Below, piece by piece: positions 25,953 to 34,143 of a stretch of DNA of 64,000 nucleotides. The position numbers and the translations under genes were made by a program. This DNA comes from Pyrinomonadaceae bacterium (GTDB lineage Bacteria; Acidobacteriota; Blastocatellia; Pyrinomonadales; Pyrinomonadaceae). The notes under the pieces were generated by a model. It had not been told where the DNA came from. It did no database searches and saw nothing but the letters and a program-made list of their open reading frames with translations. Each line of letters starts with the position of its first letter. The stretch's first letter is position 1. Location: NCBI GenBank assembly GCA_041745915.1, contig JBGTHZ010000042.1:23146-87145 (forward strand), written 5' to 3'.

Positions 25953-28742
25953 ATGAGACGTGCTTCGAAATTTTTGGCGCTTATATTCGTCTACGCGCTG
26001 GCAACATTCCCCCTGCAAAGCCGCCTGGTTATGGCTCAACCCGCTGTCCGTACTCAAGAGGCCACAACTGCGCCTGCTCTGCCCCAGGGCATTGAAAGGG
26101 TGACTTCAATCGAGGGCATCACAGAGTACCGCCTGGCAAATGGCCTGCGCGTCCTGATGTTCCCCGATCAAACGAAGCAGACCATAACTGTGAACATAAC
26201 TTACCTCGTCGGCTCGGCCACCGAGAATTATGGTGAGACGGGCATGGCTCACCTACTTGAGCATCTGGTCTTCAAAGGCACGCCCAGGCATCCAAACATC
26301 CCCCAGGAGCTCACCGCGCACGGGGCGCGTCCCAACGGCACTACCTGGACCGACCGCACCAATTACTTCGAGACCTTTGCGGCAACGGACGAGAACCTTA
26401 ACTGGGCCCTCGATCTTGAGTCTGACCGGATGGTCAACTCGCACATTGCCAAGAAAGATCTCGACAGCGAAATGACTGTGGTGCGTAACGAGTTTGAGTT
26501 AGGCGAGAACAGCCCTTTCAGGGTGCTGCTCGATCGCACGATGGCCATGTCTTACATCTGGCATAACTACGGCAAGACAACGATAGGCGCGCGCTCGGAC
26601 ATTGAAAACGTGCCGATTGAACGCCTCCAGGCTTTCTATCGGACTTATTACCAGCCCGATAACGCCGTGCTATTGATCGCAGGCAAGTTTGACGAACCGA
26701 AGACTCTGGCGCTGGTACACAAGTATTTCTCGCCTATCCCACGCCCCACCCGCACGCTGCAAAAGATCTACACTACCGAACCGACACAGGACGGCGAGCG
26801 CTCCGTCACGCTTCGACGCGTAGGCGACACACAGTTGGTGCAAGCTGTTTATCATGTGCCCTCCGGTTCACATCCCGACTATGCCGGCGTCGACCTGGTC
26901 GTGCAGATACTGGGCGACACTCCTTCAGGTCGACTGCATAAGGAACTGGTTGAAGCAAAAAAGGCTAGTTCCATTTTCGGATTTGATTTTCAGTGGCGTG
27001 ATCCTACGATTACCATCTTCGGCGCCGAAGTCCGACAGGGCGACTCGGTTGAAGCTGCCCGCGACACGCTCATTCAAACCATCGAGGGTATTGGCAAAAA
27101 GCCGCCCACCAAAGAAGAAGTTGAGCGGGCGCGAGCTCAACTTTTGAAAAACATCGATCTGGCGCTGAACAATTCAGATCAGATCGGGCTAACACTGAGC
27201 GAGTCTATCGCTGCCGGCGACTGGCGTTTGTTTTTCCTCCACCGCGATCGCCTGCGCAAGATTACACCTGAAGAAGTTTCCCAGGTGGCTTCGCGGTATT
27301 TCAAACCTTCGAATCGCACGGTGGGGCTGTTCATTCCAACTCCTAACCCCGACCGGGCGGAGATTCCGGCAACGCCGGACTTGAGCGCGGCGCTCAAAGA
27401 CTACAAGGGGGACCCAAGCGTTGCAGCAGGTGAGGCTTTTGATCCGTCGCCTGCAAACATCGAATCACGCACTATCCGCACCGATGCGGGCGGAATAAAG
27501 CTGGCCTTGCTGCCCAAGAAGACTCGTGGTGGCAAAGTAGTGGCGCAGATGACCCTGCGCTACGGTGATGAGCAGAGCCTGATGAACCGTTCCACTGCTG
27601 CTCGCCTCGCCGGCTCAATGCTGATGCGCGGCACGACCAAACACACGCGTCAGCAGATTCGAGACGAGCTTGATCGCCTCAAGGCGCGCGCTTTCATTTT
27701 TGGAGGCTCGACGCAGGCAGGAGTAAACATCGAGACCACGCGCGAGAACTTGCCCGCCGTTATGCGACTAGTCGCCGAAATCCTGCGGGAGCCGGCATTC
27801 CCGGCTACCGAGTTTGACACACTCAAGCAGGAGAATCTTGCGGCCATCGAGCAACAGAAGAGCGAGCCGACCCGCATAGCCTTCACCGCGTTTAGTCGCC
27901 ACCTCAGCCCATATCCAAAGGGCGACGTGCGCTACATCGCCACCACTGAAGAAGATATTGCCGATTTGAATGCTGCGACTCTCGATCAGGCGAAGCAGTT
28001 CTACCAGGACTTTTACGGTGCTTCCGACGCCGAGTTGACTGTCATCGGTGACTTTGACGACAAGGAAATCAGTAAACTGGCCGTTGACCTGTTTGGCAAT
28101 TGGAAGAGTCCGAAGCGGTTCGCGCGCGTCCCTACATTATTCAAGGACATACCAGCGACCAACCAATCGTTTCCGGCGCCAGACAAGGCCAACGCATTCT
28201 TCCTGGCCGGCTTCAATCTGAAAATACGGGACGATAACCCTGATTACCCGGCGCTGCTGCTCGGCAATTACATGCTCGGTGGCGGCTTCCTGAATTCGCG
28301 CCTGGCTTCGCGCATTCGCGGCAAGGATGGGCTGAGTTACGGCGTTGGTTCCGGAATCAACGTCAGCGCACTCGACGAGTACGGGCGCTTTACCGCGAAT
28401 GCGATCTACGCGCCGCAGAACGTCGAAAAGCTCGAGGCGGCGTTCAATGAGGAGATCGCGCGCATGTTAAAGGATGGCTTTACGGCAGAAGAAGTTAAGG
28501 CCGCAAAGTCGGGCTACTTACAATCGCGTCAAGTAAGCCGCGCGCAAGACAATGAGCTTGCAGGTCGTTTGAACCAGTATCTATTCCTTAAACGGACCTT
28601 GCAGTGGGACGCTGACCTTGACTCAAAGCTCAAGTCGCTCACGGTTGAACAGATCAACGCGGCGATGCGCCGCCATATGGATCCATCGAAGATAACGATC
28701 GTTAAAGCGGGAGACTTTGCGAAGCACCCGCCGGTGAAGTAA
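25953..28742 (+). CDS. M16 (pitrilysin/insulinase) family zinc peptidase, double-length, exported
   Basis: HxxEH motif HLLEHLVFKG, signal-like MRRASKFLALIFVYALATFPL, and two M16 halves. Start chosen at ATG 25953, which has AGGAG upstream. Confidence 0.9.
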   Translation: MRRASKFLALIFVYALATFPLQSRLVMAQPAVRTQEATTAPALPQGIERVTSIEGITEYRLANGLRVLMFPDQTKQTITVNITYLVGSATENYGETGMAHLLEHLVFKGTPRHPNIPQELTAHGARPNGTTWTDRTNYFETFAATDENLNWALDLESDRMVNSHIAKKDLDSEMTVVRNEFELGENSPFRVLLDRTMAMSYIWHNYGKTTIGARSDIENVPIERLQAFYRTYYQPDNAVLLIAGKFDEPKTLALVHKYFSPIPRPTRTLQKIYTTEPTQDGERSVTLRRVGDTQLVQAVYHVPSGSHPDYAGVDLVVQILGDTPSGRLHKELVEAKKASSIFGFDFQWRDPTITIFGAEVRQGDSVEAARDTLIQTIEGIGKKPPTKEEVERARAQLLKNIDLALNNSDQIGLTLSESIAAGDWRLFFLHRDRLRKITPEEVSQVASRYFKPSNRTVGLFIPTPNPDRAEIPATPDLSAALKDYKGDPSVAAGEAFDPSPANIESRTIRTDAGGIKLALLPKKTRGGKVVAQMTLRYGDEQSLMNRSTAARLAGSMLMRGTTKHTRQQIRDELDRLKARAFIFGGSTQAGVNIETTRENLPAVMRLVAEILREPAFPATEFDTLKQENLAAIEQQKSEPTRIAFTAFSRHLSPYPKGDVRYIATTEEDIADLNAATLDQAKQFYQDFYGASDAELTVIGDFDDKEISKLAVDLFGNWKSPKRFARVPTLFKDIPATNQSFPAPDKANAFFLAGFNLKIRDDNPDYPALLLGNYMLGGGFLNSRLASRIRGKDGLSYGVGSGINVSALDEYGRFTANAIYAPQNVEKLEAAFNEEIARMLKDGFTAEEVKAAKSGYLQSRQVSRAQDNELAGRLNQYLFLKRTLQWDADLDSKLKSLTVEQINAAMRRHMDPSKITIVKAGDFAKHPPVK

Positions 28743-28747
28743 GAACG

Positions 28748-28885
28748 ATCGATCTGGATCACCTTCAGGTCGTGGCTGTGGGTGATGCGTCGAAGGCCCG
28801 CGACGTGTTGGCGAAATATGGCAAGGTTGAAGTCTACGACGCGGACGGTAAACCCGTACCGGCTGGTGAGATGAAAAATAAATAA
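28748..28885 (+). pseudogene. Orphan 3'-terminal fragment of a second M16 peptidase gene
   Basis: A different frame from the upstream gene, with no start codon. It reads IDLDHLQVVAVGDASKARDVLAKYGKVEVYDADGKPVPAGEMKNK*. This parallels the true C-terminus ...DPSKITIVKAGDFAK of the upstream gene and typical M16 tails. Confidence 0.55.
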
Positions 28886-28910
28886 ATCGAAACCTTGATC
28901 CTTAACTCAT

Positions 28911-28946
28911 AACCGGAAACCGACTGCAAAACGGTTTCCGGTTTTT
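28911..28946 (+). terminator. Rho-independent terminator (potentially bidirectional, between convergent genes)
   Basis: aaccggaaaccg / cggtttccggtt form a 12-bp stem, followed by ttt. Confidence 0.8.
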
Positions 28947-28978
28947 GTGTCTTAACTTTTCACGGCTACCACTCATAT

Positions 28979-31900
28979 TTATTGGTTTGGAGCCTTGCCG
29001 ATGAAATCCACCGACTTTTGATCATTCTCCAGACCCGCCAACAACCGGTCGACAGGTTCAAAAACGTAGCCATCCTTCGAAGGGATGATCCGGTAGCTCT
29101 GTGGCGAAGGTGAAACAATGAATGAATAATTTCCGTCGATATCCGTCGTCGTTGCCAGCACGGTTCCGCGAGGACTAATCAGGACCACAACAACATTTGA
29201 AATCGCCGCGCTGGTCGAGTCTCTCACCGTACCCGTAAGCTTCACCGTTGCACGCGGTTTCGGCAACATCTCGCCCACAACTCGATCAACTCCAGTGGCT
29301 GGACCTGGTTCCGGGGAAGCGGCGGGTGATGGAACGGAAGTTTCCACAACTGGCGTCGGATTGGGAGAAGCTTGCCTTTCATCCGGACTTGCTTCCGGAG
29401 TCGCCACCGGAGCGGCTTCGCCACCGCTAGGGGCGACGGCGGAACCGGGTGTTGCCGCTAACTCTGTTGACGAGACGGGCTGCGATTCGGCTGAGGATGG
29501 CGATCGTGTCTCTACGGCCGAGGGTTTATCGACTCCCGCGATGCCAGGCTGGGGCGAAACAGTCTCAACGACCCGGTTGGCGCCGATCTGCTCGTCCAAA
29601 CCTTCCAGCGAACCATTGGTCTTTTGATACAGCCGTTCGATCACAGCGCGTCGGCCGGGATCCGGATTACCTGCGTTGTAACTCTTGATGTAGTAGCCAA
29701 GGGCCTCTGTCTTGTTACCAACCTGATCGAGAGCGGCGCCCAGGTGCCACAGCGCACTACGCCACAGTGGAGTACCTTCGGGAAGAATTCCCGCAGCGCG
29801 CTTCAGGTGTTCAATGGCTTCCTCTGTCTTACCCAGATTGTAAAGCGCCCATCCCGCACTATCCTCCAGCCGTCCATGCAGAATATTGGCCAAGATGTTG
29901 CGCGGAGCATCAGGTACATCCGGAGTACTTCCGTTCGCGATGGCCCGCGCGCGAATGTCGCGCAACTCTTCAGCCTGCGCAGCCACTGTTGCTGCGGGGA
30001 CGCCCACCCCTGATTCAACTGCACTCCTCGCGGCCACGGTAAGCTCATATGCAGTTTGCAAAGCTACGCCTTTCCTGATGAGTACGCCGGCAGCATACAG
30101 CTGACGATAAATACGCATGTCGTCGGCGCCGGACGCAAACTCTTTTGCCGCTCGAGAAACGACGGCTTCGTCAAGTTTGACGTTCTCGTCGGGCTGACTG
30201 GTCGCAGTGGTAAACGCCAGCAGCGCCTTCAAAATCGCCGCCTCATTCATGCTGCCAGCGGCGGCAAATTGGAAAATGGCAGCGCGACGTTCGGGAGCTA
30301 GTAGTCGGACGAAGTCTGGTTCTTGCGCTGGTACGCGACCGGCAAGTCGAGTTTCGATCTTGTCTTCTTTGAAGGAGAACGACTGCAGCAGGACTTCCGC
30401 GGCCTCCTCGTAGAGTCCCGCCGAGCTGAGCACATTCGCAAGCTCATAGTCGAGCGTGGGGAAATTTCCGTACTGCCGCGCAAATCGAAGCGCGCGCTCG
30501 GCGTCCATCGGGTTCCTGATGCCGATCAACGCGCGTGCCAGGGCGACTTGAGACCAGGTATAGCGCGGCTCGAGCTGCACGGCTTTTCTGGCTAGTTCAA
30601 GGGACCGGTCGGCTTCGTTGTGAGCTGCAAACCAGTAGGCGGCGCCTGACATCAGCGCCAGGTTCCGCGGGTCCTCCTGCAGGGCGGCCGCCAGTTCTTT
30701 ATTGCCTTCGTCCAACCGTCCCAGAGCAAGAAGTGAAAGCACAACTCCTGCCCGCGCTGCCTTGTCTGAGGGTTCAGCTCTGAGATGTTCCCGATAAAGC
30801 TTCAAAGCCTCTTCGGCTTTGCCGGCTGCCCGGTTTAGATCGGCGAGACTGCGCCTCGTTCCAATCTTCGAGTTGGGGTCCAATTCCAGCGCACGCTTAT
30901 ACTCCGCGGCAGCCTCATCAAGACGCAAAGAGATATGCAGGCCACGGCCCAGCAGATGATGGGCTTCAGCGAGATCCGGCGCGAGCCTGACAGCCTCGGC
31001 AGCTAAGCGGGCAGCCTCGTTGCCCTCTTCAATTCCCAGGTAGAATCCAGCTAACGTCAAAAGCCGTTTTGGATCTGCTCCAAACCTGGTTTCAATTTTC
31101 TGAGCAGCCTCAATCGCTGCGTTTCGCTGCCCGCGGATGAAAAGGTTTAAAGGAATTTGTGAGACCACGCCTGAGAACAACTTCTCTGAGATGTTTGTCG
31201 GAGCTTCGCTGATTGCCAACGACAGTTGTTCGATCCCGCCCACGCTGTCGCCACTCTTAAGTCTTTGGTCCCCCAAACCAGCGTAACTGCTAATCAGCAG
31301 TTCAATCGCCCGCGGTCTCGATTTCGAGTTGGGAAGGTCTTCCAGAAACTCCTTCAGTTTTACGATGCGCTCTGCGAGTGGCAGCGTTAACGTTAGTTCC
31401 ACTTCCTCAGATTCATCCTCATCGTCAGTGGTAGAGGGCGTGTTGCTTGGGATTGCAAGCCTGGGTCGCGAAGCAGACGGCGGCGCTTCCGGTACAGTTG
31501 ATGTGTTAACTGGCGTCGCCACAGCGTCATCGTTGGTTGTTACAGCAGGCGACGGAACGGAAACCGGAATACTCGCAGTGGGAGTTCCTGATTGCGCTTG
31601 ATCGATATCTTGTAAACTGAAGCCCAGTTTCTTAGCCAGGGCAGCGATGAAATGATCCACCCAATCAGTCAAACCCTCGCTAAAACGTCCTGAGCTAATC
31701 GGCCCGCGTACTCGCTGGTTTAGTTCTCCCAGAATTCCTTCCGGAAGCTCACCCTGCACGGATCTGCTGAGCTGCGTAAATACCGCTTTCTCATCCACCG
31801 ACACCACCAGCAACAGTGTCTTCCTGGAACTGCTCCGCGAGCCGACTCCCCAGTCGCCGGCAAGCTGTCGCGAGAATTCGAAGATGCCCTGGTTGCCGGT

Positions 31901-32152
31901 GTTCTGCACTGTGGCCAGGTTCAATTCGATTCCGCTTCGCTTCTTGACGTTATCAAGAATGGTGTCCAGCCGTTGTCTGGTCGTGTCGTCTACGACGTGA
32001 GCAAAGTCGTTCACGTAACCTGTGCGCGCCGGTGACGAGGCCTTCACTTGCGCCCGCGTGTGAATGCCCGGATAGCCGGCGCCAAAGACTGCCCCGATAA
32101 CTATCAGCGAAACCAGCGCGAGCCAAAGAGTGCGATGACTTGAGAGTTTCAT
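28979..32152 (-). CDS. Exported multidomain protein: TPM (TLP18.3/Psb32/MOLO-1) domain, low-complexity linker, long TPR array, Pro/Ser-rich linker, carboxypeptidase-regulatory-like domain
   Basis: TPM-like GYVNDFAHVVDDTTRQRLDTILDNVKKRSGIELNLATV, multiple TPR-like repeats, and C-terminal VKLTGTVRDSTSAAISNVVVVLISPRGTVLATTTDIDGNYSF. Confidence 0.7.
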   Translation of the reverse strand: MKLSSHRTLWLALVSLIVIGAVFGAGYPGIHTRAQVKASSPARTGYVNDFAHVVDDTTRQRLDTILDNVKKRSGIELNLATVQNTGNQGIFEFSRQLAGDWGVGSRSSSRKTLLLVVSVDEKAVFTQLSRSVQGELPEGILGELNQRVRGPISSGRFSEGLTDWVDHFIAALAKKLGFSLQDIDQAQSGTPTASIPVSVPSPAVTTNDDAVATPVNTSTVPEAPPSASRPRLAIPSNTPSTTDDEDESEEVELTLTLPLAERIVKLKEFLEDLPNSKSRPRAIELLISSYAGLGDQRLKSGDSVGGIEQLSLAISEAPTNISEKLFSGVVSQIPLNLFIRGQRNAAIEAAQKIETRFGADPKRLLTLAGFYLGIEEGNEAARLAAEAVRLAPDLAEAHHLLGRGLHISLRLDEAAAEYKRALELDPNSKIGTRRSLADLNRAAGKAEEALKLYREHLRAEPSDKAARAGVVLSLLALGRLDEGNKELAAALQEDPRNLALMSGAAYWFAAHNEADRSLELARKAVQLEPRYTWSQVALARALIGIRNPMDAERALRFARQYGNFPTLDYELANVLSSAGLYEEAAEVLLQSFSFKEDKIETRLAGRVPAQEPDFVRLLAPERRAAIFQFAAAGSMNEAAILKALLAFTTATSQPDENVKLDEAVVSRAAKEFASGADDMRIYRQLYAAGVLIRKGVALQTAYELTVAARSAVESGVGVPAATVAAQAEELRDIRARAIANGSTPDVPDAPRNILANILHGRLEDSAGWALYNLGKTEEAIEHLKRAAGILPEGTPLWRSALWHLGAALDQVGNKTEALGYYIKSYNAGNPDPGRRAVIERLYQKTNGSLEGLDEQIGANRVVETVSPQPGIAGVDKPSAVETRSPSSAESQPVSSTELAATPGSAVAPSGGEAAPVATPEASPDERQASPNPTPVVETSVPSPAASPEPGPATGVDRVVGEMLPKPRATVKLTGTVRDSTSAAISNVVVVLISPRGTVLATTTDIDGNYSFIVSPSPQSYRIIPSKDGYVFEPVDRLLAGLENDQKSVDFIGKAPNQ

Positions 32153-32401
32153 TTTTCTGACCCTGCTAAGTTTGAATTTTGATCACAAAGTGAGAAATTA
32201 CGCCTTAGCTTGGTTCCGAATTCAGGTCGGGTTCTTACAGGTTCTAAAATGGGAGACGATTCGCGGGGCATGATACCATCCTCCAGCCGCGGTCAGCGAG
32301 CACGGCACTAATCAATTGGTTCGGACCTTTTGGTCACTTGAAACGACGATTTAACCGAGGAGCCGTAGAGGCTGTGTGAAAACCCAAAAAGGGCCTGGTT
32401 T

Positions 32402-32527
32402 AATTTGCAGGTTGGGAAGGGTGGCTTGCCCCCGCTCAAGATGCATTCCACTCAACAGTGAATCAACCACCCAAGCTGAGAGAATCTGTAACTTGAGGGG
32501 CAAGTCACCCTTCCCAACCTGCAAATT
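32402..32527. repeat. Family D MITE-like palindromic element, copy 1 (termini AATTTGCAG...CTGCAAATT)
   Basis: aatttgcaggttgggaagggtggcttgcccccgctcaag pairs with cttgaggggcaagtcacccttcccaacctgcaaatt. Nearly identical arms occur at 45957-46086. Confidence 0.85.
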
Positions 32528-32611
32528 GCCGAGGCTTTAGACGTCCTTTTGGAGATTGCTGGCGTTCCAGTCTCTCCATTAAAAAGCCTTTGAGAACAGC
32601 GATGAGGTGAC

Positions 32612-33136
32612 GTGAGCGAACTTGACGAAGCATGGGCCTCAGCCCTGGCAGACGCTGAATCGCGCGCCCGGCTTTCCGGTCGCCGGGAAGTAGCCGCATA
32701 CCTGGCCTTACGCAATTCTAATGATCTGTTGCGAAGGATCGGTATTCAGTGGCTCATCTCAACCTTCGAGACTCTGGCTGCCCAGGCGAATCGACGGGGA
32801 GGGAGTATTCAGATCTCGAGAGAAGACAACCATCGCTTTCGGGCCGCTAATTCAACCATGGTGGGAAGGCTTCTGATTCTTCGTTTTGGCGTGAGGCAGC
32901 TGTCTGTTGAGGCAGGCTGGCCACGCACGCCGGGGGACGGCGTTCTTCGTGGTGGGGGTCTCGCCTCCGCGAACATCCGCCATCTGGGAATTAAATCGGC
33001 GAGCGAAGTTCTCCGGCTGGTCCAATCGCAGAAGGGCGCGCCGACGTGGGTGGCAGGAGAGCGAGGAGAAGTACAAGCCGAGATTCATGAAAGCAACCTG
33101 CGAAAACACATAGGCACTCTGCTCGCTTCCGCCTAA
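32612..33136 (+). CDS. Hypothetical protein (174 aa), no recognisable domain
   Basis: GTG start preceded by GAGGTGA. Protein-like composition and no overlap with other genes. Confidence 0.45.
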   Translation: MSELDEAWASALADAESRARLSGRREVAAYLALRNSNDLLRRIGIQWLISTFETLAAQANRRGGSIQISREDNHRFRAANSTMVGRLLILRFGVRQLSVEAGWPRTPGDGVLRGGGLASANIRHLGIKSASEVLRLVQSQKGAPTWVAGERGEVQAEIHESNLRKHIGTLLASA

Positions 33137-33288
33137 CCAGGAGCGTTTCACCGCTCAAACCATTTACGCAAGCCCCTGCACGTTTTCGAACCAGCAATCT
33201 CTTCGGAAGATTCTCTTACCCGCGAATACTCTCCAAAAGGCGGGGGATTCCTCAGATCCACACTGCTAGATCCCGCCCGTTAGCACTT

Positions 33289-33304
33289 GGGCATGGTGCT
33301 TGCC
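33289..33304 (+). promoter_or_regulatory. Candidate sigma-54 (-24/-12) promoter
   Basis: gGGCAT-ggtgc-TTGCc has GG and GC at the canonical 10-nt spacing. It lies ~130 nt upstream of ATG 33434. About two such 8-nt matches are expected by chance in this window. Confidence 0.3.
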
Positions 33305-33433
33305 AAAGAGATCTGCGGCGTAACGCGAGCTGAAAAAAGTCACCCCAAAGCAAGCGTTAAAACCGAACTGCCAAACTCGTTTAGCGAGAGTGGCCGGATC
33401 GAGACGATTACTTGATGAGGAGACTAAGACACT

Positions 33434-33958
33434 ATGACTAACCGACGCACACTGACTTTTTCAATCCTGGCGGCCGCTTTGTTAGCGTTAACTTTGCCCG
33501 CAGTGGCAACCGCACAATGGAGCCGTTATCCTGACAATCAGCGTAATCGCAATGATCGTTACGATGATCGCTATCTGCGCGATTCCGTCCACCGGCTGGA
33601 TCGACTGTCGAAAGACTTTGAGCGAGAGGTGGACCGTTCTCTGGATCGCAGTCGCAGAGATGGAACCCGCAGTGAGGACCGCATCAACGGTCAGGTTCGG
33701 GAATTCCGCAACGCAGTGAGCAAGCTCAAGTCGCGCGTCGGGAACGGACGCGATCTAAACCGGAGTCGGAACGAAGCCCAACGGGTGTTAGAAGAAGGGC
33801 GACAGCTTGATCGGATAGGAAACCGGTTTTCGCTGTGGTCACAGATTCGCCGGGAGCTGAATGTGATTGCGCAGGCCTACGGATCTTACGGCTACAACGA
33901 CAACAACCGCCGCAGTAACAATAATGACTGGTGGCGCAGACTACCGATCCCTTACTAA
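33434..33958 (+). CDS. Secreted, highly charged Arg/Asp/Asn-rich hypothetical protein
   Basis: Signal peptide ...LTLPAVATA-QW, AGGAG-like sequence upstream, 33 Arg in 174 aa by my count, and a terminator downstream. Confidence 0.6.
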   Translation: MTNRRTLTFSILAAALLALTLPAVATAQWSRYPDNQRNRNDRYDDRYLRDSVHRLDRLSKDFEREVDRSLDRSRRDGTRSEDRINGQVREFRNAVSKLKSRVGNGRDLNRSRNEAQRVLEEGRQLDRIGNRFSLWSQIRRELNVIAQAYGSYGYNDNNRRSNNNDWWRRLPIPY

Positions 33959-33986
33959 GCTGGCTAAGTCACTTTCACTATTTGAA

Positions 33987-34022
33987 CCGCCTCGTCCGTT
34001 CTAAAGAGCGGGCGAGGTTTTC
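33987..34022 (+). terminator. Rho-independent terminator
   Basis: ccgcctcgtccg ... cgggcgagg forms a stem with one mismatch, followed by ttttcg. Confidence 0.55.
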
Positions 34023-34143
34023 GTTGTATTTCGTTTGGAAAGCTCGCGTACATAACTGCAAAGAGGAGCTACGTTAATTGTACCTTTCTGGTTTTGCACA
34101 ACGGTGCCTTTCTCATATCTCACCTTGGTGCCAGAATAGACTC

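Noticed and set aside
28700-28885. A programmed -1 frameshift or sequencing error extending the 944-aa M16 protein into the downstream frame.
   Set aside because: The in-frame C-terminus already contains the homologous (I/V)V.AGD..K tail segment. The downstream frame therefore duplicates rather than continues the protein. I interpret it as a relic of a paralogue.
32452-32715. ORFs spanning the MITE-like elements. This also applies to 45908-46102 and 61821-62123.
   Set aside because: Their translations are dictated by the palindromic repeat arms. Related peptides appear at each copy regardless of context.
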